A stretch of DNA of 64,000 nt from Lama glama (lineage: Eukaryota). A program made the translations under genes and the position numbers. The stretch lies in the NCBI GenBank assembly GCA_028534125.1, contig CM052824.1, positions 60,450,001-60,514,000 of the forward strand. The letters run 5' to 3'. Numbering within the stretch: the first letter of the stretch is position 1; every line of letters begins with the position of its first letter. Of this stretch, positions 1 to 10,250 are shown piece after piece. The notes beneath the pieces were generated by a model. That model was not told where the DNA came from, did not search any database, and was given only the letters and a program-made list of their open reading frames with translations.

Positions 1-2069
1 GGCCGGGCAGCAGGGCAGGGCAGTGGGGCAGGGCTGGAAAGGGTGCCTAAGATGTGTCCACACACTGACCCGCCAAGAAAAGAGGGCCAGGCTGAGGGTC
101 TGGGGCACAATGCCAGGCCCTTCATCTCCAGAGCCCAGATCTCACACCTGGGCACACATACTGGCACATACGCAGGGGAGCCTCTTCCAACCAGACTTGG
201 AGACTTCCGGTTCCTGCTTCAGCTCACCCCCAAGTCCATATGCCACCATTCTCTTTGCCTGGATAAAGCTTCCCAGAATTCCTCACCTGAGACATCCCCA
301 GTCTCCCTTCAAAGGCCTCCTCAAGCATCACCTTCTCCAAGAAGCCCTCCCTTGGCACCCCTGCCTTTCCCTTCATCCCCCTAAGTCCAGTTCTTCTGAA
401 AAGCAGCAGTGTCTCAGCCTTCCCCAAAATGCCCACGTGCTCCCCAGGGCCCCTGCAGGAGCCGAAACGTATAGATTCCCTTTTAGAAATTATACAAGTA
501 GGAGGTGCTCCTTCAAGAAAATCTGGAGAATACAGACACAAGAAAAATGAATCGAATTTTTGCCCCAAAACTGTTGGCAATGGGGAGATGTCCCTCCACC
601 TCCCTGCCATGTCAGGTGGGCGTTCTGGCCATGAGTTGGCCTGTTCTCAGTGTACCTCCACTGTGGACCAAACTGTATCCCCAAAGTTACCTCCTCCGTG
701 TAAGGGTCTCCCCAGCCCCAATTTCAGCCCTCCTCCGGTCGCCTCAACCCCCCAGGGCAGGGGCCAGACTTCAGTCCCCTCTCAGCCCAGATGTCCCCAG
801 GTGTCTGCTGCCCCAGGGAAGGGAAGTGTCCTACAGTGGGGGGTGGGGGAGGAAAGAACCCCTCTGCATCCAGTTCTTTGGTCTGGGTTCGGGAGCTAAG
901 GTGGAGGGGCCTGGGAGTGGAGGGCGAGGGCCGGGGTTTCCTCCCCGCTGCCCCCTAGAGCACCCTTCCTCCAGGGCCCCCACCATGGTGCTCCCCTCTT
1001 CCTCCGGGGGCCGGAGGTTCCCACACCCTGGGCTCTCTGCCTTCGCAGGGACAAAGGCAGCCCGCATGCCTCGCAGGCTGCCTGAGAGCTGCGGCCGCCC
1101 TTTGTCCACTGTCCTGGCCACCCGCCATCTGGAGCTTGGCTCCGGCCAGGGGATCGATGCGGCCGGCCCCCAACACCCGGAGTTCGCATCACCCCTCCTG
1201 GGTCCAGTCTCCGGGCAGGCTCCACTCCGATCAGCGCCCAGGGCCCCCAGCCTGGGCCCTGCACACTCCTTCCCCCCCACTCCCCCCCCGCCCCCGCAGG
1301 TTGAAGTCCCAGCCCCCGCCCTCCCCCTCAGCGTGTGGCCTCAGCAACCTCTCTGTGCCAGTGGGCTCTTGGGGAAAGGCTACTGTCCTCAGGTCTACCC
1401 TGCCTACACTGGTAAACAGACCAGAGCCCTGTGCCCTGCCCAGTGTGTCATCCTCACCCTCAGAAATGTCAGCTTATCGTCATCCCCGTGCCAGCTGTCC
1501 CTGAGGACCTAGGACCTCTGCGACCCTCTGACTACTGCCTGTGAAGTGGGGCGGGGCACTCCCTGCAGGACAGTTCCGAGGAGGACTCCGTGTTCCCTGC
1601 CTGGTGCGTAGTGGGTGCTCGAAAACTGAGACTCTTACCTCCCCTCCACCCAACTCGTGCCTGGACCCCCAAGGAGAGACCCTAACCCCCTCCCAACCCC
1701 CAGCCAGACTCGGCAGCCTAGACGCCACCCCTCTGGTGCCTCCAGGGGTCCCACCTGGCCACTAGAAGGCCAGCCTCGCACCTGACCCTCCCCAGCCTGC
1801 CCACTCCCCACACTCCAAGAAAGAAACCCTCTTGGGACCAGGAACGCCCAGGCAGGGGACAGCCTGGTGCTCCATGAGACCCCGGGGATGGCGCCGCCTG
1901 CTCTGGGGACTCTCTTGTCTGGGCGGGGGTGGAGGCAGGGTGGGTAAGGCAGTGTCCCTCCAGCCCAGTCCTGCCTGCAGGGCACTGGGAGGTCTGGAGC
2001 AGGGTGGCCTGGGGCTGGACGGGGGAGTGCTGGTGGGAGGAAGTGTGTGGCTGTTCTCCAAGGAGTCCT

Positions 2070-2680
2070 CTTTTTTTTTTATTTTTTAAAATCATGGTAA
2101 AAACACATAACATAAAAGTTACCACCTCAACCGTTTTCAAGGGCACAGCTCAGGGGCATTAAGCACATTCACCTGTTTTGTGCAACCAGCCCCACCGTCA
2201 CCTCCAGAACCTTCTCACCTTCCCGAACTCCAACTCTGTCCCCACGAAACACTCACTCCCCGCCCCTCCCCAGCCCCCGGCCCCCACCCTCCTGCTTCCT
2301 GTCTCAGTGACTCTGACTCCTCCAGGGACCTCACAGAGGTGGGACGGGAAGGACTGGTCCTTCTGCGACTGGCTGACTGTGCTCAGTGGGTGGTTCCCGA
2401 GGGCCACTCATGCGGCAGATGTCAGAACCTCCTCCCTTTTCAAGGCTGAATGATATTCCATCATATGGATATAACACGCTTTGCTCATCCACTCCTCTGT
2501 TGATGGACCCTTGGGCTGTTTCCCCCTCTGGGTGAGTGCCAGCCATGCTGCTGTGAACGTGAGTGGACAAGGGTGTCTTCTGACCCTGCTTTCAGTTCCG
2601 TTGGGTTCTTAGCACAGGTGGAGTTGCTGGATCACGCAGTAACTCTGATGCTGAGGAACCACCACACGCTTCCACAGCGT
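2070..2680 (-). mobile_element. Ancient LINE-1 3' end fragment (L1MB-like)
   Basis: T-rich tail followed by typical L1M 3'UTR text (aaaacacataacataaaagttaccac..., gcattaagcacattcac..., ttttcaaggctgaatgatattcc..., gttgctggatca). Subfamily assigned from memory. Confidence 0.8.
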
Positions 2681-3185
2681 CATTCCCAACCAGAAGTCTT
2701 CAACTGACACTGGGAGCAAATGTCCCTGGACACTCCCATCCTGACCAAGGTGCCCTTTGCTTTGCAGCCAGTCTGGGAAGGGTGGAGTCAGGGGTGTGGG
2801 TTACGATCCCAGGTTCCTGAATTCTAGCATCACTGTACCCATGAGTGGTTTTGCTCCCATGTCCACAGGAAGGCACCTCGCCTCAAAGGGTGTTTCTGGC
2901 GGGGGGCATCACCACCTCCAGACACCCCACCGGAACCTTCTGCCTCTCAGACTTACCAAGCTCTTCAGGACGGGGGTAGGACAGATGCTCCCTCCTCCTT
3001 AAAGCCTTAGCTGGAGGAAAGACGCCCTCCCCAGCTTCTGGGGACAGACAAGGCGGAGGATCTGACCCCCCTCTACATTCTAGGATCCTTCTGCGCAAAG
3101 CTTGCCAGCCAGGAGCAGCCTGCAGCTCTCCCCTCCCCTCCCTCCTCCGCAGCCCTCCCAGGCTGCTGGGCCACTCACCTCGGAC

Positions 3186-3540
3186 GTGTGAGCCGGGAGC
3201 CCAGCGACTTTCCCACACTTTGGCCCCATTCACAGTGTTAAACGGCCCACAAAGGCCAGGCGTGTGCCTTGGAGGCCGCGCTGCCATCTGGCCCGCACTC
3301 GGGGAGGGAACGCGCCTTTCATCCGGCCAGGCTGGGACTTAACAGCATTCATTTCATATTTCCCACAACTCAAAATTGGATCAAAGCTGCTCCCCGCCAA
3401 AGGGGACGGCGAAGAGGTGGGGAGGAGCAGCCCCCTGGCCCCCTCCCCCCAACCCTCACCTCCACGCCAGCCCGCTGCGGGTGGGCACGCGGGCAGCTCG
3501 GGGTGGGGTGGGGGCTGGACCACGTCTCCTGGCACGTGTC
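3186..3540. promoter_or_regulatory. Candidate HES5 upstream enhancer (RBPJ and HES-type sites)
   Basis: TTCCCAC (reverse GTGGGAA) at 3210-3216 and 3360-3366; CACGCG at 3486-3491; TGGCACGTGTC at 3530-3540. Motif evidence only. Confidence 0.4.
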
Positions 3541-5997
3541 TTACTTGGGCTGAGAGCTGGCTTGGGGGAAGCGGCCAGGGCAGGACACACGCCCCAGCCA
3601 ACTGCCCCCTCCGCAGCTGGGGGCAGGGGGACAGGCCTGGTCTGCCTGCTGCCCTTGGTTCTGGGCAGACACCTGCCCCCCCACCGCCACTGCCAGCAGC
3701 CGGACGGGCAGGCACATGCGTGCTCAGGTTCGTTTCCTGCCAGTGGGGCCTGCCCCTTGTCCTGCCTTCCCTCCGCCTCGGCCAGAGCACCTCCTGAGTG
3801 CAGGTGTGGGGCTGGCAGGGTGTGGGCGACAGGGAAACTGGCACCTAAGTCATCCTGCCCTCCCCTCCAGAGCCCACCCACACGCAGGTGAGGAACCCGC
3901 CAAAATGTGCCAGCTGCCCAGCACCAGCCCCACTCTGGCTGCAGAAATGGCTCCACTGAGCATCACTGGGTCCCCCTTGCTACCTGTGGGACCTGCCAGC
4001 CACTGTCAACACCTGGGGCTGTAGAGCAGAAGGCGGGGCAGGCCCCTCCCCAGTTTGCCCAGGTGCCCTCTGCTCTTTTGCTCCAAATGAGGGCTAGATA
4101 TCTGTCGTGGGGTCGCATCTGCTCAGAGAGAACCCCAGGCTCAGGGGGAGCCTACTCAAGACCTCAGTGTCACTTGCCTCCCACAGCCAGCCTGGGGCCT
4201 GTGTTCCCTTCAAGAGAGATGCTTGGGGGGGGGGAGCAGGTACCAAAGGGTGAACAGGGGCTGCCTTCCATCCCCTTCCAGAGTCACCTGAAAGTTCCAC
4301 CTCAGGAGCCCCCCAGGCCTCGCCCACCCCAGCAGGTGGCCGGCTGGCTCGGGGGCTGCCTTGCACTGGCTCCAAGCCACGCCTGCCCTGGCACCTTCCT
4401 CCTGCTTCCCTACGGACCCCTCTCTGGGTGACCCAAGGTTCCCTGTGCTTCAGACTTCTTGAGCAGGCCCACCAAACAGGCCGCTCATCACCATGAGTCA
4501 CTGCCAAGCCTCTTGTTAAGGCCCTTCAATTCCCAGCCATGCTCAGATGTGGCTGTCGGCCAGGGAACTGCACTCCTGGATTTTACCTCTGATTAAAGAA
4601 CCCTGATGCCAGCTGCTGGGTCCCCTGGCTGAAGCCCTGCCTGCCCCTTGAACCTGGCTGTGTTCCGCCCTGCTCCTAGAAGTTGTCCCATCTCCATCCC
4701 CCTACCTCTATCCTGGCAGAACTAGATTCCTGGCTGCAGAGAATCAGAGGAAAGTGTTCCGGGTGGCGGTGGGGGGCTCCCAGCAGGCCCTCCCCTAGGG
4801 ACCCAGGGTGGCGCTCATGGCCCCCAAGCATCCACTGGCCTCAGCTGGGCTGTCTAGGTACCAGGACCATCAGTTCTTCCAGTGGGTCCCTAGGGGGTTG
4901 TCTGAGCTGGTACAGTATTTGTATGGGCTCCTGGCAGGAGCCTCACGTCTGCCCCCATGGTGCTCCCTTCTCCACCACCAGCAAACTGCCTAAGGACAGG
5001 AAACCCTGTAAGTGCCCACAGGGCTGTGCGGAGGGCAGCATGCAGCCGAGGCTTCCCCCCAGTCATGCAGGAGCAGTGACCACACACCTGTATCCAGCAT
5101 GTCCGAAGCCACACGCTCTTGCATGCTCCACAGACGGCCATGGTTGGACTCCCACCCAGATTGGGGTGGGGTGGGGCCCTGGAAGGTTCAGAGCTCCCCA
5201 GATGCTACAGTCTGATAAACTGCTGCTGGAGGATGGGGTGCAGTGGCTCCTGGGGGGACTGCCTAGGTGCCAGGCTCCATGCTGGGCATTTCAGGCACCC
5301 TGGCTCCCTAAAACTGCCCAAAGCCCAGCCAGGGAGGCACAGCAGGCAGTCCATTTTCTAGCTCTGAAGCCACGTGTCCCAGGTGACAGCTTGGGGACTT
5401 AATACATATGCCAGCAGGTCTGAGCCTAAGAGCCTGGGCCCCTCTTCCACTTGTGCAGAGGGAGCTGGCTATGCCTGCTCGGGTGAAGTGTGGCCTCCCC
5501 TGTCCCCTCCCTCTCCGCCCCAGAGAGGAGGGGAGCCGCAGGTCCAACAGGGAGGGTGCGTGGCCCCTGGAAGCTGCTGCTCTTGTGCATTCTAAAGCTT
5601 TTCCCTTATCTGCTCGCTCGTGGCCTCTGCCAGCCAGCAGCGGGGAGTCGCTGGGGAGGGGGGAGAAGGGAGAGAAAAGGGGAGGGGAGGGGCGCCGCTC
5701 CTTCCTGCCCCNNNNNNNNNNNNNNNNNNNNNNNNNNNNNNNNNNNNNNNNNNNNNNNNNNNNNNNNNNNNNNNNNNNNNNNNNNNNNNNNNNNNNNNNN
5801 NNNNNNNNNNNNNNNNNNNNNNNNNNNNNNNNNNNNNNNNNNNNNNNNNNNNNNNNNNNNNNNNNNNNNNNNNNNNNNNNNNNNNNNNNNNNNNNNNNNN
5901 NNNNNNNNNNNNNNNNNNNNNNNNNNNNNNNNNNNNNNNNNNNNNNNNNNNNNNNNNNNNNNNNNNNNNNNNNNNNNNNCAGCCCGCCGCCCGCGCC

Positions 5998-6003
5998 TAT
6001 ATA
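5998..6003 (+). promoter_or_regulatory. HES5: HES5 TATA box
   Basis: TATATA in CpG-rich context 86 nt upstream of the ATG; the rest of the promoter is in the gap 5712-5979. Confidence 0.75.
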
Positions 6004-6083
6004 GGGGCCGGGGTCGGCGCCAGCCCGGGACGCGCCCGCTCCGCTCCCTCCTTCCGCGCCGACTCGCCTCGCCCGCGCCAGGT

Positions 6084-6137
6084 ATGGCCCCCAGCACCGT
6101 GGCCGTGGAGCTGCTGAGCCCCAAAGAGAAAAACCGA
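6084..6137 (+). CDS. HES5: HES5 exon 1 (coding part)
   Basis: ATG...AACCGA|gtaagt. Confidence 0.95.
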
Positions 6138-6744
6138 GTAAGTGCGCGCGCAGCCTGCCCCCGCGACCCCCGCGACCCCGCGCCGCCGCGGCCGCGCTGA
6201 CGCCCCTCCTCCCACAGCTGCGGAAGCCGGTGGTGGAGAAGATGCGCCGCGACCGCATCAACAGCAGCATCGAGCAGCTGAAGTTGCTGCTGGAGCAGGA
6301 GTTCGCGCGCCACCAGCCCAACTCCAAGCTGGAGAAGGCCGACATCCTGGAGATGGCTGTCAGCTACCTGAAACACAGCAAAGGTGAGCCCGGCTCGGGC
6401 GGCCCCGGCCCCGGCCCCGCCGCGCGCCCCGCGCCCCGGCCCCACTCACCGCCTCCCCTCCGCTCCCCGCAGCCTTCGCCGCCGCCGCCGGCCCGAAGAG
6501 CCTGCACCAGGACTACAGCGAGGGCTACTCGTGGTGCCTGCAGGAGGCCGTGCAGTTCCTGACGCTGCACGCGGCCAGCGACACGCAGATGAAACTCCTC
6601 TACCACTTCCAGCGACCCGCGGCCGCGCCGGCCGCGCCGGCCAAGGAGCCCAAGGCGCCGGGCCCCGCGCCCGCGCCCACCCCCGCCAAGGCGGCCGCCG
6701 CTGCTGTGCGCCAGCCCGCCTGCGGCCTCTGGCGGCCTTGGTGA
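6084..6744 (+). CDS. HES5: Transcription factor HES-5 (bHLH-Orange-WRPW), 3 exons, 163 aa
   Basis: Exons 6084-6137, 6218-6383, 6473-6744 with GT-AG introns. [40 protein letters not shown]...[12 protein letters not shown]/...CGLWRPW*. Confidence 0.98.
6218..6383 (+). CDS. HES5: HES5 exon 2 (bHLH)
   Basis: cccacag|CTGCGG...AAAG|gtgagc. Confidence 0.95.
6473..6744 (+). CDS. HES5: HES5 exon 3 (Orange domain, WRPW)
   Basis: ccgcag|CCTTC...TGGCGGCCTTGGTGA. Confidence 0.95.
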
Positions 6745-7443
6745 CCCGCGGGAGCTGCGGACAGGCTGCCTGCCGGAAGGCCCAGAGGGCCAGCGCGATC
6801 CCCTGGCCTGGGGAAGGGCCTTCCCGTAGTCTGTCCCGCCCGCCCCCTCCCCGGCTTGGACGGGCCCCTTCTCCGGAAGGCTCTCTCCCCAAGCTGGCGG
6901 GCCAGCAGGAGGAACATTCTCAGAGAATGTGCGCGCAGCGTCCTTGTTTAGAACAATCAAGGCCCATCTTCTGCCAAATGTCTGACCCCATGGGGTTGCT
7001 CTGTGTTTGCATTTCAGCAAGTGACTTCTAGGAAGTCCCCACTGCCGGGTTCTATGATATTTGTAGGCGGCGGGGCTCAGCCAGCCGGCACCCCACGCGT
7101 AGAGGGCTTTCTTCAGGTCCGGTGCTGCCCGGCCAGTGGGCCTGGCGCAGGCCGTGCCGTGGGCACATTTGCCTTTTGTGAAGGCGAAACTCAAGGTGTA
7201 TCCTCATAGGAAAGAAAGTGTCAGCCTGGATGGGTGAGGACGGGCCAGGCAGAGCTGAGGCAGAGAGCCCTTGCACGTGCCTGGTTGTCTGGTGGGGTCT
7301 CAGTGGGCTGTGTGGGAAGGGTGGGGGTCTCCACCTCCCACAAAAAGAATTTCTGTGTGGGTGGGTGCACATGGGCACGAGTTGGTACTCAGAATGTGAA
7401 CTCTCCTTCACGTGGGAGCCACGGGACTTCTCTGCAGGCTTCT

Positions 7444-7449
7444 AATAAA
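7444..7449 (+). terminator. HES5: HES5 polyadenylation signal
   Basis: AATAAA 700 nt after the stop, followed by U/GU-rich sequence. Confidence 0.8.
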
Positions 7450-9299
7450 ATCTGACTATTCAGCCCCTCCATAGTCCGTCTCTTGTGCCTCACTCATGTC
7501 CTTGGCATCAGGCAGGCGGGGCTGCAGGGATGAAGGGGAGTGGGCACTATCGTGGTATCAAGGACACAGGTGTCCTTACCAGGGACCCTCTAGACACAGG
7601 AAGAATAGCCAGGCACCGGCTCAGGGACAGAGGGAGGGAAGAAAGAGAGAAGCTAGAAATGAGAAGAGGGGACAAGTCAGGAGGCGGGGGGGGGGGGGGG
7701 AGGACGAAGGGAGGAGATTGGAGTGAGAGGCAGAGAAGCAGGGGAGAGGCAGGCTGGAAGCAGAGAGGGCCTTGTGGACACATTAGCTTCCCTGGTGCAG
7801 TAGGAGGGGATGAGAGACCTGGGTTGCCGCCCTAAACCTCTGGCTAGCTCCTGCAGTGGGGAGGGGGGTAAATGATGCTACAGGACCTTCCAGCACTGTC
7901 CAACTGAGAGAGACCTGAAAGCCATAGCCTGCAGTGGAACTCTTGCTGCAGCAAAATAGTTTTAACTGGGTCAAACACAGATGTTTGCCCCACCAGGGCC
8001 CTCCCCGCACAGCCAGAGCCTCTGTCCCTGGACAAGCTCCTGGGGCACCTTGGCTGGCCCACAAGTGGCTGCCCTGCCCTGCAGGTTGACCACTCACCAC
8101 GGCTGAACAGGCAGTGCTGGTGATGAACCTGTCAAGGCCAGGCCCATGCCTCAGAAAGGGTATCTATTTTCAGACAGGCCACTGGGTGTTGGCTGAGTCT
8201 GCAGGAAACTGGATGCACGCCGGCTGGCCCTCCCCCCTTCCTGCTCGGCACCTCACTTCCCTCGGCCTCCCATCCCTCTGTCCACAGCACCCCTTCCAGG
8301 CCAGCATGGTGCTGCTAGGGGCCTTTGGGGTCCCTGCTGAGCCCTGAGAATGGTGAGCGAGGGACAGGGAAGCCCCTCCCCCATCCCACACATTTACTGC
8401 TTGTGTGGCAGGCAGGTCCTGCCCTCACGGGTGTCCCTCTGGCCAGGCTGACCTGCAAGGCTGCCTCCCCCATCCCGAGCCTTGCCTGGTGTGCTGAAGC
8501 ACCTTCTCCTCCCCTGAATCACCCCTAGAGCTCTGAATTTGTGCTGCTCACAGTCCTGCGCCCCCAGGGGCCCTGCCAGGCAGCTAGTGGCATGCTCAGA
8601 TGGAGGCTGAGGTCCAGAGACTCAAAGTAACTGGCCCAGGGTGACCTAGGAGGCAGGTGTCAAGGCCACCCTAGGGGCCCTCTGTCAGCCTCCAGCACTG
8701 AGCTCCTTCTCAGAGTGCCAAGTGCCTCTGATGGGTACACATCCCTTAAGAGCCTCCACACCTTCCAGGGTTTTCTAGCGACTTGTCCTGGAAATCACTC
8801 CCCAACACCACACAGGAGCTTTCTCAGCTCATTCCCTGCAAATTCCCATAGACTCCTTGTTTTGCCAGAAAGCGGCCTCCTCCAGGCAGGCTCCCCTGCT
8901 TTCCACTGCACTTTCTGAGGATCTCACCATCAAAGTACACATCCTCCCCAGCTGCAGGGGCATCTCCTACCTCTGGCGGGGGTTGGACTCCTAGAGGGCG
9001 GAGTCCCCGACTGCCCCTGTTTGCATGGGACTTTTAGCACCGACAGTCCTGCGCTCCTGGAGAACCAGGCTGGACCCTCCTGTGCAGGTGCCAGGCTTAC
9101 AGCCGCATTCACTGGAGGAGCAGTTCTCTGGTGGTCTGCAAAGCCCCAGGTGTCCGCTCTGCACTAGCTCAGATCATCTAAGGTCAGCATCATTGGGCCA
9201 GCTCAGTGAAAGAACAGAGACGACGACAGCCCAGATATTTTGTGTTGAGCTGTAGGGCCTCTGAGACCCGTGCCCGGGCCCTACCGAGTCGGCCCTCCC

Positions 9300-10250
9300 G
9301 CCACTGAGGGGCGGGGCCGCCCGAGAGCTTATTAGCATAATATATGCACGGGAGGCGTTTAGCAGTCAAATATATGCGCATATATCTCCATGGTTGATGA
9401 GGCTAGNNNNNNNNNNNNNNNNNNNNNNNNNNNNNNNNNNNNNNNNNNNNNNNNNNNNNNNNNNNNNNNNNNNNNNNNNNNNNNNNNNNNNNNNNNNNNN
9501 NNNNNNNNNNNNNNNNNNNNNNNNNNNNNNNNNNNNNNNNNNNNNNTCGCCGCGGGCGGGCGCGGAGAGCGGGGCGGCGGGAGAGGGAGAGGGCGGGGAC
9601 GAGGGCAGCGGGGCCGGCAGGCCGGGGCGGCGGCAAGGACGAAGGGCGGGGCGCGGGCCGCCGACCCGCACAGCCTATCGGGCCTTGTAGTCCGCGGCCG
9701 CCGGCGCGCACAGCCTATCGGGCTCTGTAGTCCTCGGGCCGCCGACGTGCAGGCTCGCTGCGGCGGCCGGACTACAGCTCCCGGCAGGCGCCGAGCGGCC
9801 AGAGCGTGGTATGCCGGGCCTCGTAGTCCCGCGGGAGAGGCGGCCCGGCGGCCGCTCAGGCATCCTGCCTCAGGAGGGTCGGCCGCTGCGCGGGGCCTCG
9901 TCCCGCCCGCGGGAGATCCGGGGCCCGATGTCTGGGGCAGGGAGTTTGGACGACCTGGGCGCGGACCTCAGGTCGAAAGCCCCCAGTGTCCCACCCCGAC
10001 GCGCTGACGCCTCCCTCCCTTTCTCAGATGAGGACGCTGAGGCGCGGGGACCCGGCTGGTCAGCGGTCAGCCGTCGGTCGCTGCCGCTTTGCCCGCGGGC
10101 CGGGGCGGCGGGCTTCCCGAGGGCAGCTCACCGGCGAGACGGCCTCGCACCTCCTAGTCGCGGCCCCAGCTCGCGTGGCCCGTCGTGGCCGCTCAGCACA
10201 CGCAGGAATCCCCAGAGGGGTTGGGCCGCCCTGCTCCCCTGTTCTTGGGG
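9300..10250. promoter_or_regulatory. PANK4: CpG island / PANK4 promoter region
   Basis: CpG-dense; GC box at 9308-9317; ACTACA-type motifs. PANK4 exon 1 is not found in called sequence and is inferred to lie in the gap 9407-9546. Confidence 0.7.

Noticed and set aside
505-1512. 335-aa ORF upstream of HES5
   Set aside because: No domain similarity or splice structure; GC-rich chance ORF.
5308-6345. ORFs spanning N runs
   Set aside because: Artefacts of translating through assembly gaps.
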